NCBI RefSeq assembly: GCF_006345805.1
Contig: NC_043004.1
Coordinates: forward strand, 29,388,001-29,452,000
Direction of reading: 5' to 3'
Source: Octopus sinensis
Lineage: Eukaryota
DNA length: 64,000 nt
Positions 11,159 through 23,797 of this stretch are shown here, in pieces. Within the stretch, counting starts at the first letter, position 1; the number at the start of each line of letters is the position of its first letter. The notes below the pieces were generated by a model. That model was not told the origin of the DNA, searched no databases, and saw only the letters and a program-made list of their open reading frames with translations. Both the position numbers and the translations under genes were made by a program.

Positions 11159-12830
11159 TGCCTTTTGTAGAGAATTCTGAAAAAGTTAGCTGCGATAGAT
11201 CAACATTTTAGTAGAAATATGTAAATAAAATCAATTAGCCTACAACTATCTTCCATAAACAATTAGTTTTGTGTCTAATCAATATAATCTAGTTAATGAA
11301 TTGCCTAAAAATCTATTTGTTCTTGTAAAGTAATATTTCTCAAATATGCTAATATGTTTTATAAAAAGGCAAACATGATACAGACTAACTGAAGATAACT
11401 ACTTCGGTATCAGCTTAGAGTGACGGAACACAACATAGATTGTTTTGTCTGATTTTTTTTTCCAGAAATGTAAAGAAAGTATTGAGAAATAATGCAAAAT
11501 CGAAATGATACATTAATGAAGCAATAGACTATTTTGAAAAAGTATAACGGTAACCTGTAATTAAAGTTTTAAAACGTTTGTCTGGGAAGGCTTCAGGCTC
11601 TATAGCAGGAAATCTATGTTCGTCATTAATTTTAGTTACTGACATAATTTTCGATTATTTCACAGCAGAAAATCAATATTTCATAGTAATAGAGGTCGGG
11701 AATTTAGCAGAAACAGCCAACCGCCCCGACTAAATGATTCTTACTTCAAATCCTACTTGGTTCGTGAAAAGACATCGAAATATATTGAACACAGGTATGA
11801 CTCTGTGTCCAGAAATTTGTATTATATAGAATTAGCGCTTTGTGAAAGTTCTTTGTATCATTTTAGCTTCATTTTCGCAAAACTTTCTCCGTGAAATTTG
11901 GTGGCAGATCTAATTCCTACATAATCTATCTATATTATTTCCAGTCCCTGTATTATCAAACTATATATATTTCCAATTGTTACAATATATGTCTACTTCA
12001 GTGCTTAATTGATAAATAGTAATGATATTCAGATGTTGATTTTTTTTCTTCTCCAACGAAAAAATCGATAATATTTAACAAAATCAACCAATTTTGATTG
12101 CTTTAATTGACTTTACTGGTACAGAGACAGGCGCTAAAGTACGCATTCATAAATTAATCACTTTGTCGATAATTTGTCCAAATGCGATTCTTTTAAGTCA
12201 TTTTAGAAGCATTTCACTGGGAACTATCTCAGTTTTCATAAATTTAATAGGTTTGCAGACAAAATTCATTTCGCATAGTAAAGTGACCAAACACAAGGTG
12301 ATAAGACAACCAAACTGTTTCTTCTTAGATGGAGTCACATTAATTTTCTCATTGGACTGGATTCTCTCCTTTGCTCCCTCTGTAAATTAGTTAATCTATC
12401 TGGAACCCATTCCTGTTGACTAATATCCATAAACCACTCCGCAGTCATCCTAAAAAAAGATTCAAGCATATCAAAACGAAAACAACATATTTAGAAGCTG
12501 ACTTGGCCACAAATGGAACGCCATATGAACAATGGGATGATCTAGAATAACATATCGGTGAAACACTCGGTCAGTGTCATGTGTCCTGCTGTTTATAAGA
12601 TGTTCTACGAACCCACTTTCGTGGATTGCGCTGTTGAAAGAATCAAAGCATTCCATTTGCGACCATTCTACTCTTTTTTCAACATTTGACTCGTAAAATG
12701 AGTGAACAGATAGAAGCTCCCTTGTTTGTTTATCATACTACTGTAAACTAGTATCGAACACAAAGACCTGTAAAATGAAAGACAAGAGAGACTAGTTTTA
12801 ATACAAAGCTAAAAACTAAGTGTGTAATTG

Positions 12831-13250
12831 TTGATCACCTCCCTAAAACGTTAATCAACTCTCTAAACCCATAATCATCTCCCTAAGTAGTTAATCAGTT
12901 CCCAAAGCCATTAGTCAGCTCCCTAAACCCTTAATCAAATCTCTAAACCCTTAATCAGTTTCCTAAACAATCTATCAATTCCCTAAACCATTAACCAGAT
13001 CCATAAATCTCTAATCACCTCCCTAGACCGTTAATCAGTTCCCTAAGCGATTAATTCAATTGCCTAAACCGTTAATAAATTCCCTAAATCATTAATCAGT
13101 TTCCTAAACGATTGATCAGCTCCCTAAACAGTTAATCATTTCGCTAAGCCTCAAGCATTAGCTAGTTTCTTAAACCTTTAATTAGTTTCCTAAATCGTTA
13201 ATCAGCTCCCTAAACTGTTAATCGACTCCCTAAACTTTAATCAGCTCTGT
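12831..13250. repeat. Diverged 20-bp minisatellite, about 21 units, consensus near CCCTAAACCGTTAATCAGCT
   Basis: Units recur in exact 20-bp register across 12831-13070. Confidence 0.92.
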
Positions 13251-13589
13251 AAATGTTATCTCAACCTAAATACAGGATCCAACAGTACCCCATAACTGAT
13301 ATTAGCGACTTAGTAACGTCTCTCTTCCTTTGGAAACAATCATTAAATATTTCCAGTCTTCAACTATAGAAGGACACTGATCTAACAAACTAAGATGCTC
13401 GAAAACAGATGACAGCTCTAAAATGTTCCTTGGAAACGCCTTTTTCCTGCTTAATCAAAGGAAGAATGGCCGCACCGATGACCTTTATCAGAGTAGGAGA
13501 AAACAGGTGAAAGGGAGTAATGAATGCGTCCTCACTGGAAAACTGACTCGAAGGTTTGCAACAGAACAGACTCCACTAAAAAGACTAAA

Positions 13590-14080
13590 GCAGCGGGTGG
13601 TGGTGTAAAACAAGGGTGACGAACAGGTATACCACTCCACGACAGAAACAACTTCCTCTGACTGGAAGTTCGTGGCTTTAGTGGCAGGCACTTGCCCAAG
13701 GATCGAACCTAAAAGCCTGGAATTGCGAAGCGAGTTTATTATTAACTATAAAGAAGTGGATCCCCGATGAGAATTCAGATGTTCGAACTGAATCACCCAC
13801 TATTAAATCAATGACTAAGTGGCTGAAATTTAAACAGAAACGTGTACACTCAATGTAATTCTCAAGCAGAATCAGCGTAACACAGGGTATTTCGAAGCTG
13901 TACTCGTTGAATTACGAGTACAAAACCACTTGACGGGCTTCTGTTTCACTCACAAGGTAATGACCACCCTAAAGTAATTTTAAATGACATTTGCCCCCAA
14001 ATGCCTGGCAGTGGGATCGAAGTTGATATTTCATGGTTACGAAGCGATCCTCTTAAGCATTCACCCATACTACACCTACA
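13590..14080 (-). mobile_element. Old, diverged SINE fragments
   Basis: cacttgcccaaggatcgaacct and cagtgggatcgaa..catggttacgaagcga resemble reverse-complemented SINE heads. Confidence 0.5.
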
Positions 14081-14589
14081 AACTACCGACTACTTATTTA
14101 ATAAATCTAAGAGGGAATAATTTCGTCATTTAGTTATGATCGAATATATTAACAGCTACAAGCCGAAAATATAGAATAAGTAACGCCCTGGTTTTGTTGC
14201 TATTAGAGATATGTGTATCCAGACTGGAACAGTAGCTAAACGTACAAGAATCGATATATTTAGGGGAAACATTGGAGACAATGTTAAGATTTAAACGTCT
14301 TTTCGCTGAAATATATGAGAAACTATGAGCTAATTGTGGTTACCCTTAAACAATGAAACATTTTTACTCTTCTTTCTTTTATTATAACTGGAAGTGTGAC
14401 GTTTTAAGGTATTTCAGATCAATCTATTGATATCCACCCCCTTCTACATTATGAAGTACATTGATCTGATTACTACCGAAATTATCTCAGTGACCTGGTC
14501 AATGTGCTATCTACAAATTACGTCATCGGCATCGATTTTCTTACCCTCTCTACGGGGTTTTGACAGAAAATTAATGCACGCATATTATC

Positions 14590-15430
14590 AGTAGCTAGCA
14601 CTGTATTGGTATAATTAATGGTAGGAGTTAGAAATACTATATCGCTATAGTAGTAGTTGATAGTACTGTAGTGACAATACAGATATTAATAGTAGTAGCT
14701 AGTATACGTAACTGTTGTAGTCAGTTGCACTGTACTAGTATAGTTAGTTATAGTAGCCAGAGGCAATGTACTCATATAGTTAATTGTTGTACTTAATAGT
14801 ATTGCAAATATAATAGTAGTTAGTAGTAGTGTACTGCTTGTGCAGTTAGTAGTAATAGTTAGTATGGTTGGTAGAGTTAGTAGCGGTGTAGTAATATAGT
14901 TAGTAATACGGTACTAATGCAGTTAGTAGAAGTAGTACTATACGGTTCTAGTCAACAGCACTGTATTAATTTAGTCAGTACCTCTGTACGAATATAGTTA
15001 GTGGTAGTAGTCAGAAGTATTATACGTAGGTGTTAATAGTTAGTAGTACTGTATTGGTATTTTTAGTTGTACAGTAGTGGTATAGTTAATAATACTGTAC
15101 TGATATAGTTACTAATAGCTAGTTAGTAGAGTGCTAATTTAGTCAGTACCAGTGTCCGATCGTAGTTAGTTGTTGTAGTTAGAAGCGCGTACTGGTGCAG
15201 TTAGTGTTAAAATTTAGTAGTACTGTACTGGTATTTTAGTTGCACAGTAATGGTATAGTTAACAGTTCTGTACTGATAGATTTAGCAGTGCTCTACAGAT
15301 AGAGCTAATACTAATTAAAAGTACTGTACTAATATTGTTAGTAATAGTACTTATCAGTACTAGTTAGTACTACTAGTAAGCAATATTTCAGTCTTATAGT
15401 TAGCATTCATTACTAGTTATTAGTACCCGT
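14590..15430. repeat. Degenerate GTA/TAGT-rich satellite-like tract with an internal duplication of about 169 bp
   Basis: aatttagtcagtacc occurs at about 14968 and 15137, with matching downstream sequence. Confidence 0.75.
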
Positions 15431-15779
15431 TAGCTGTGTTGTTGATACAGGATGCGGTAGAACAAACACCCGAGCATATTATCAAGTGAAGTAAAACGGG
15501 TGGCAACGATGTCTTAATATAACTAATTAATGTTTTGATTTTCTAGTTTCTGTTACCATCATGGTTTGGATCGGCGCACACTGTACGCTTGCTATTGAAA
15601 CGATTGTCAATCTGGAAAATATGGGAAATTTTTTGTTTGAGTTTTGTTGGGTTCTTTTTTTTTTTTTTTTGCCCCTCTCTGTGCATGTTAGTAGTTGTAG
15701 TAGTTAAATCAAATTTGGTCTCTTTAGTTGATTTTATGTGAATGATATTGATACGTGATGCACTGGGAAAGACACACTC

Positions 15780-15841
<62 letters not shown>

Positions 15842-15941
15842 CAGCAGCAGCAGTAGTAGTAGTAGCAGCAGCAGCAGAAGCAGTTGTGGGGCTTGTGGTT
15901 GCGATGGCGGTTTTTGTGTGGTGGTGGTGCTGCTGGTGGAT

Positions 15942-16279
15942 GTGAAGGCGCATGACTCAGTGGTTAGAGCATCGAGCTTACGATCGTGAGGTTGTGAGCT
16001 CGAATCCTGGACCGGGCTGTGTGTTGTGTTCTTGAGCAAGACACTTTATTTCATGTTGCTTCAGTTCACTCAGCTATAGAAATGAGTTGCGACGTCACAG
16101 GTGCCAAGCTGTATCGGCCCCTTTGCCTTTCCCTTGGATAACACTGGTGGCGTGGAGAGAGGAAGCCGGTATGCATGGGCAACTGCTGGTCTTCTATAAA
16201 CAACCTTGCCCGGACTTGTGCCTGGGAGGCTAACTTTCTAGGTGCAATCCCATGGTCAGTCATGACCGAAGGGGGTCTC
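15942..16279 (+). mobile_element. tRNA-derived SINE, family C
   Basis: gtgaaggcgcatgactcagtggttagagc (A box), gagctcgaatcc (B box), cttgagcaagacactttattt. Confidence 0.88.
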
Positions 16280-16477
16280 AGCAGGTGGTGGTTGTGGTGG
16301 CAATTACTGCTGTTGATTCACCCGTATTACCAACTATTTTTCCACCTACTAATAATCAGATGATCGAACAACAGAGTTCGAAATAGAATTATAACATGTT
16401 CAGATATGTATTATAACGCAGGGAAGTAATGTTTAACATTATTTGTTAAAAAGTAAGTCAATGTGAGCAATATAATA

Positions 16478-16712
16478 TATTTCTTTATTACCCACAAGGA
16501 GCTAAACATAGAGGGGACAAACAAGGACAGACAAAGGTATTAAGTCGATTACATCGACCCCAGTGCGTAACTGGTACTTAATTTATCGACCCCGAAACGA
16601 TGAAAGGCAAAGTCGACCTCGGTGGAATTTGAACTCAGAACGTAACGGCAGACGAAATACAGCTACGCATTTCGCCCGGCGTGCTAACGTTTCTGCCAGC
16701 TCACCGCTTTAT
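16478..16712 (-). mobile_element. SINE family A with a 17-bp target-site duplication
   Basis: ATGTGAGCAATATAATA at 16461-16477 and 16713-16729. Confidence 0.95.
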
Positions 16713-17014
16713 ATGTGAGCAATATAATAGCTGAGCTTTTCTTGTTGTTGTTGCTTCTGTTGTCGCCGTCGTCGTTGTTGTTATTTATCAGCCTTTAAAC
16801 GGCCTTCATTAAAGAGACGTGACTATCTCGTCTTTTTTTTAAGGCTATTACCTAATGTGATCTATCCCTATTTTGCATGGGAGGTTTGGAAGGAGACTTG
16901 GCCACTATTTCTAGCAAAACTAGCGAACCTGTTACACACACACACATATGTATGTTCGTGAGTGTGTGTATACTATAGTAACACATTAAATGCTACAGTA
17001 ATGTAGTACACGTG

Positions 17015-17139
<125 letters not shown>

Positions 17140-17423
17140 AAATAAAGATTCAGATAGAATCATGTACTTGAAAAGATATGCACCAGGTACGGTTGGATAA
17201 GCTTGTAGTTCCAGCCTATTGTTGGTAACCATCAAATAGTATATTCTGGTTGTGTACTCAGAGAAAACCAACCCCATGAGTATTTAACACCTAGGGGCTG
17301 GTCCAAAGCACGCGTTACGTTGAATTGCACGTTGTTGGTATACTTTAGGGTATCTGACAAGTCTTAAATCCCCTTGGTGTATAATAATCAAATGAATGAT
17401 AACAGGCGATGGATAATTGTCAG

Positions 17424-17511
17424 CTCATTACAGCTGTTTCTAACGCATCTTTTCAGTAGAAGAATGAGAACATTACTCCATTACAAAAAAAAACCGTAAT
17501 CATCAGATGAA
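17424..17511 (-). ncRNA. Type-I hammerhead ribozyme motif with canonical core and long stem II
   Basis: Minus strand reads TTCAT CTGATGA TTACG...CGTTA GAAA CAGCTG TA ATGAG. Confidence 0.8.
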
Positions 17512-17599
17512 ACGTAATTTTACAAACAAAAGAATACCCCCAAAATATAGCAGGGACATGACTGAAGTCTGACGAGGCCAACTACTAAATAGTTGAGAA

Positions 17600-17818
17600 T
17601 AGCAAACTGTCAAGGTATTGATCGCTCTCGACAGGTCGAGTCTGTGGCAGTGGAGAACTCCGGCGTTATTGGTCCCCAGACCATGTCTCTGCTCACTGCG
17701 ATCGAGGTGGAGGTGGCTGTTCACAAGTGTGACCCTCCTGAGTCAGAGTGGCTGGTCCAGCACATCTGCCTCGCCATCCCCCGGGGCAACGCCATTTCCT
17801 TTTGTCTGCTGGAGCCAT
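17600..17818 (+). mobile_element. C-terminal RLE fragment of a CRE-like non-LTR element
   Basis: ORF 17593-17820 reads VAVENSGVIGP...WLVQHICLAIPRGNAIS, resembling PLAVETLG.WG...FL.QRLS.AIQRGNA. Confidence 0.7.
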
Positions 17819-18254
17819 GAGAAATGATTCTATATTGTAAGGGGCAAGGTTTTTTTCAAAATTAATTCAAAGAAAACAAAAGTAATTTAGAAAGAAAGAA
17901 AAACACCGAACCAGATCCCCCCCCCCTTAGGAGTCAATACAAATATTACTAGCCAAGTGGCGAGTACTTCTAACTAGAATAATCGCATGTTTTTCTATGT
18001 AAGAAATGTTTTAAGTTCTGAATCAGTTTTATCTATAAAGATAGCTAATATTCTGACGATCTTCAAAGCGGGTGTAAATGTTCCCAAGGGAAGTTTCTGA
18101 GATGCCCTCATCCAAAACAACTTCGAAAAGTGCAACACTGGCAACTGAGAACATTTCCTAAAGATCTATTTATTGCAGTGACATCAAGCTTTTGTTTTTT
18201 CAGTTGGAAATTAAACCTCTTATTTTTTCTGATAATCTATATACATATAAAAGA

Positions 18255-18319
<65 letters not shown>

Positions 18320-18649
18320 GTGTGTGTGTGTCTTCCTTATGCATTCGAAAACTTTGTTGCAGAGTTTGACGTATGGGGTATCAAAAGATTCAGTAATTTT
18401 TCGGGTACCAAATAAACTTTATCTTCATTTACATATTTTCTACGTTATCTCAACAACCAGCTATATTTATTTGAAAGACACTGCTCTACAACGACCAGGT
18501 TTCATTAGAAAGTGAAAATAGTTTCACACTTTTAATTTTAACCAAAATTACAAAGTGATGCATTACGTACGTGACAATGTGTGAATAATGAAAGTAATGT
18601 TGCTCCGAATTAGTCACATTTGTACTATAATAAAGAAAGCTGCTTATCA

Positions 18650-18700
<51 letters not shown>

Positions 18701-18733
18701 GAGAGTTTGTCCGTCACTCACTCTCTTTCTATT

Positions 18734-18768
<35 letters not shown>

Positions 18769-19278
18769 TACACATTCATATAAAAGATGTATGCTTATGT
18801 ATTTATGTACAGTATATGAAAGATAATGTGTGTGTGAAAGAGAGAGAGCGACAAACAGACAGACTGACAGAGAGAAAGTGCGTGAGTGCCACTTACACAC
18901 ATACACGAAAATACATACATGACAACATATACCTTCATGCGCTCACTTTATTTCTCTCTTTCTCTCCTCTCTCTCTCTCTCTCTCCCTCTCTCTCTCATG
19001 CACACGCACAAATACACACACATACGTCTATTTCATATACACGTACATACATCTTTCACTCTCTCCTCTCTTTCACTTTCTGCTCTCACTTCAAAGCAAA
19101 TGTCACCTATTCACTTTCTCCTCTCTTTCAATTTCTGCTAAAGAAATAAAAAAAATTTACGGAAATTAGTGAACAATCATATGATCCTATATGATCGACC
19201 TTATGATCGAGTTGATAACTTTGCTGTTTCAAATGAAAGAATGCAATAAGATAACTTCCTTTGGCACATACACGCACG

Positions 19279-19324
<46 letters not shown>

Positions 19325-19589
19325 TACACACTAGCTAAAACTTCTGTACGAATTGTGCTATTTCTTGCAAGCGCAAAATTACAGCTCAAATCCAATTGAA
19401 ATCACCTTTTTCCATTCTGTAATTCGTATTTGTGATTAGCGTATTTAAAAACCTGATCTTCGATATAAACATAAAAGGGGGTTTTTCCAGAAATCCTGAC
19501 CTTAACCTGTTGTTTCTAGCATGTCTGAGGTGACATTTGTGCCCCATCCATTTTTTCCCTAAATTTCTTCCGATTCCTATGTTTTCGAT

Positions 19590-20245
19590 ACAGGAAATTG
19601 TGATTTCACCTGAAAAACATGTTCTCAATTTTTTTTATTTTATCCCTCCCACCCCAATTTCTTCATGCTTTTACTTTTTTCCAAATTTTTTTCTTGGTAA
19701 TCCACGGAGAAAAAAATAGAGAGTACGAATCTTTAAGAATTTTCTTCATCCTTCTTTTCTTAAAGAAACACTAAAATCTTCTTCCCAAACATCCATCCAT
19801 CACCTCACCTTTTTCAAAAAGCTACAAACTCCTATGGTTTCACTTTTAGCTTTTTGGAAAGCGGTGACGTTTCTTCAGAGATAATGTTGTTTACCTGTTG
19901 TTTCTAGCAGTCGGGTTTTCTTGGTGGTTGTCTGGTATCTTTTGCGTCTGCTATTTCAGTACAATTCTACGTATAGGTGAAACCTCAGACGAAAGTGAAA
20001 CATTGGGAGTTTTTAGCTTTTCGAAAGCAGTTAGGTGATGGGTGGACAAGGTGGGAGAAAGGACATTGAGTGTTTCTTTAAGAAAAGTTAAACTTTAAAA
20101 AAAAAATACGTATTTCCCAGATTCGTAATCTCTGTATTTTGCGACGTGGATAAAAACAAATTCGAAAAAGTTACAATTTAAGAAACTGCGGTGGGGACGG
20201 GGGTGGATTTAAAATTTTGAAAACGTGATTTCTTGGCAAAATCGT
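19590..20245. repeat. Old diverged fold-back (arms about 19590-19850 and 19985-20245)
   Basis: cttttcttaaagaaacact pairs with agtgtttctttaagaaaag, aaaaagctacaaactcc with ggagtttttagcttttc, and gtttcactttt with aaagtgaaac. Confidence 0.75.
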
Positions 20246-20464
20246 ATTAAACTCTTTTTATGCGATGAAACAATACATAGTCTGTGATCCTTCTTAAGAA
20301 CCAGAAAGTACTTTCATGCAAACCAATGCAAATTGTATCCTCCCCAACTTCACTTTTAAACTAACAATAATTTCCATTATGGCAGTAATCCAGTTCACTA
20401 TATATCAGCTGTGCCGAGTCTGCTCATAAGAAAGGAACAAATAATATGTGGCTGTAAGTCATAA

Positions 20465-20498
20465 CACCTGGGCAACGGCGGGATGCATTGTTAGTATA
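20465..20498 (+). mobile_element. Helitron-like 3' terminus relic
   Basis: acctgggcaacggcgggatgcattgttagt resembles the hairpin plus CTAG ends at 2043-2070 and 51107-51135. Confidence 0.5.
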
Positions 20499-20563
20499 AT
20501 ATAAATTGAAACTGGTCATGAGTCATAACAATTCTTCCGACGTAAACTTTCCCTCACTATAAA

Positions 20564-20621
<58 letters not shown>

Positions 20622-20779
20622 TCCACAAACTTTTCTAAATTAGTTAACAATGGGATAGTAACTTAATGCGAGCTGCAGACTCTTCAGAGAGTGACAAATG
20701 AAAATAAGAAAACAAAAACTAAAAGGGAAAAAGGAAAGAGAATTCAGTGACAATGCTCTTCTCAATACGTGTGAGGTAC

Positions 20780-21633
20780 CAGTTAAGACAATGTTTTGAA
20801 CTTACTCCATGGATGGTAAGCCAGGGATAATCCTCAGTTCCTTTTTTTATCATTCCAAGTGCTCCTACAATCACTGGTATTGTAACTGTCTTCAGGCGTC
20901 ACATTTTTTCGATTCCAATCCTTTGTATTTTCTGAGCTTATCAGATTTTTTTGCCGGGATATTATGATCACAAAGCAGGCTCATGTCAATCAAACAGATT
21001 TGATTGTTTTGATTTTTTCACGCTATCTGGTTAATTAGCTTTGATGGTTCGGTCTGTATGTACTGGAAAGTCCTAAAGAATCGTTACATTTTCTCCCTCA
21101 GTTGCAGCCTCAGAGTGGTACTTGTACCATTTGTAAAGTTTTGATTGTATAATGCCGACATATTATCCAGTGTAGATATTGGCCAACTCTGCCATGTCTC
21201 GATTTATTTTCTACTGATGCTAAAACTTTACACCCACACATTAGGCGGCCCACTGTTTCAATCTCACCGTTGCAGTATCGGCACTTTGGGTCTACTCCAT
21301 TTTTCATCACATTGGCTTGGTAGTTCCGGATCAATATGCTCTGATCTTGAGCAGTTAAGATAGAGCCTTCGCTCTCTACCTTTAGCCCTGAGCTCTATAG
21401 CCACTGATGGATGTGCTTCTGGTCTACATCAGCTTGTTTGCTACGGACTACATATTTGCCATGCAGAAGTTTTTGTTCCCACTTATCAGCCAATTATTCA
21501 AACGCTTTTTACGTTGCCATTGATTTAACCTTTGCAACAACAGTTGCCGCACTTCCACCATGCCGTTCAACCAGGGTATCGTGCATAAACTCTCTAGCAA
21601 ATTTTGTGCTCTCCTTCATGACAGAATGAAGCT
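20780..21633 (-). mobile_element. R4/Dong-clade RLE LINE relic
   Basis: ORF 21110-21334 reads PKCRYCNGEIETV...SRHGRVGQYLHWIICRHY. An (AAT)n tract lies at its 5' side (21634-21660). Confidence 0.85.
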
Positions 21634-21820
21634 GATTATTATTATTATTATTATTATTGAGTGAGAGAGCAGTTCATGCCATCAAAGTGACACTGGGGTA
21701 AAATATTATTATTATTATTATTATTATTATCATCATCATCATCATCATCATCATCACCATCACCATCACCACCACCACCACCACCACCACCAACACCACC
21801 ACCACCACCACCACCAACAC

Positions 21821-21887
<67 letters not shown>

Positions 21888-21897
21888 GTTATTGCTA

Positions 21898-21932
<35 letters not shown>

Positions 21933-22129
21933 TGCTATTTAGCTTATAGATTATTTGACCAGTTGTTTGATCAACCTGTTAATGGGTGGTTTGTCAGACT
22001 CCATTCGTCGCCATTTACATCCTCATCAATGATTGCGATGTACGAACTGTATTGCAGCTTGGTAGTTAAATGTAAGAAATGAATTCTTAAGATCTCTAAA
22101 GATTGAAAAGTAATTAAGTGATCATGGTC

Positions 22130-22410
22130 TGCTGGATGGTAGTGTAACATTTATAACGATGAACTGAATATACATGGAATATACATGGAATCAGGTTTAT
22201 TGTGCAAGAGATATAACCGTGTTCGCTCAAACATGCAGTGCGTATGGATAATGGCAAATAGGTAAAGAAATGCCAGGAAACCCAAGTGGAAAGAAATGTT
22301 TGAGGAAGAAGACCGAAGAAGACCGAAGAAATAAATTGACAGAAGTGTTGAAGACTGATCTCAGCATAACAGACCTCACAAAAGAACGTTACAAGAGACA
22401 TGAATCGCCA
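22130..22410 (+). mobile_element. RTE LINE 3' relic
   Basis: Decayed reading RMDNGK.VKKCQETQVE...GRRRPKK...EVLKTDL resembles the RTE C-terminus. Confidence 0.6.
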
Positions 22411-22613
22411 TTCTCTCTTCACCTAATTGCCCATTATTGACATCCATCATTCCCTCTTAACACCAACATGTTGCCCCTCATACTCTCTCTTTTTCTCCCT
22501 TTCTCTCTTTCTTTCTCTCTCTCTCTATCACTCTTCCTTTCCCCTTTCTCACTTTTTCTTTTTCTCCTCTCTCTTTCATTCACTCTCTATTTGTTCCTAA
22601 ATCTCCCCCTCTT

Positions 22614-22645
<32 letters not shown>

Positions 22646-23179
22646 AACACCTTTTCAATTACTGTGTCTATCAATACACACTGCCATCATTGTTTCCATC
22701 TTTCACGTTATGTAGTACTACCTGTTCCATTACTCCCTCTCTTTACACACTCTCACTCTAATCTCTCTCTTTCTCTCTCGCTCTTCTCTCTCTCTCTCCC
22801 TCCCCACCATACTCTCACTTTTTTCTCTCTTCCAACTTTGATTCATATTCGACACACTCTTTCGCTTCTACCTCCTTTACGAGTCATGTCACCTCGAACG
22901 GAAGCAACGAAAAATGCTAAGAAACCTTTTTGTCTTTCATGGTACAAGGCAAACACTGCAGCTGGAGTCACGGTATAACACAACCAGTACAACCTGATTT
23001 GTCGTTGAACAGAGGCAAAATAGGGTCGAAAACATTTTAGTCTGGTTCCGTTGGCGATATGACAGCTCTCTAGAGTTGACATCCCAATAGAATGCACACA
23101 GAACATTCTGTAATGAGGTTGCTATTAGGGCATCAAGCTATAACAGCGTGGAAAGTGAAGAAAAAGATAGATGATGATG

Positions 23180-23797
23180 GGTAGGTAGATAGGTAGGTAG
23201 GTACATAGGTATGTATGTAGGTAGGTAGGTAGGTAGGTAGGTAGGTAGGTAGGTAGGTAGGTAGGTAGGTAGATGGTAGGAAAGTAGGTAGGTAGGTAGG
23301 TAGGTAGGTAGGTAGGTAGGTAGGTAGGTAGGTAGGTAGGTAGGTAGGTAAGTAGCTAGGTAGGTTGGTAGGTAGGTAGGTAGGTAGGCAGGTAGGTAGG
23401 TAGGTAGGCAGGTAGGTAGGTAGGTAGGTAGATAGGTAGGCAGGAAGGTAGGTAGGTAGGTAGGTAGGTAGGTAGGTAGGTAGATGGTAGGAAAGTAGGT
23501 AGGTAGGTAGGTAGGTAGGTAGGTAGGTAGGTAGGTAGGTAGGTAAGTAGCTAGGTAGGTTGGTAGGTAGGTAGGTAGGTAGGCAGGTAGGTAGGTAGGT
23601 AGGCAGGTAGGTAGGTAGGTAGGTAGATAGGTAGGCAGGAAGGTAGGTAGGTAGGTAGGTAGGTAGGTAGGTAGGTAGGCAGACAGGTAGGTAGGTAGGT
23701 AGGTAGGTATGTAGGTAGGTAGGTAGGTAGGTAGGTAGGTACGTTTGTTGGTAGGTAGGTAGGTAGGTAGGTAGGTAGGTAGGTAGGTAGGTAGGTA
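23180..23797. repeat. (TAGG)n array with a higher-order duplication of about 211 bp
   Basis: The variant block agatggtaggaaag at 23271 and 23482 is followed by the same ordered series of variants. Confidence 0.93.

Noticed and set aside
11386-11425. CTGAAGA followed by a C(UUCG)G hairpin
   Set aside because: No GAAA in register.
12094-12720. Moderate-complexity region with short ORFs as a possible exon or transposase relic
   Set aside because: No motif could be identified with confidence.
12831-13250. Regular repeat arrays (also 36480-37240) as CRISPR candidates
   Set aside because: Units are directly adjacent and diverged with no unique spacers, there are no cas genes, and the context is eukaryotic.
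15942-16020. tRNA-like A and B boxes here and at 52400-52472
   Set aside because: They continue into SINE bodies and lack a full cloverleaf, so they are SINE heads rather than tRNA genes.
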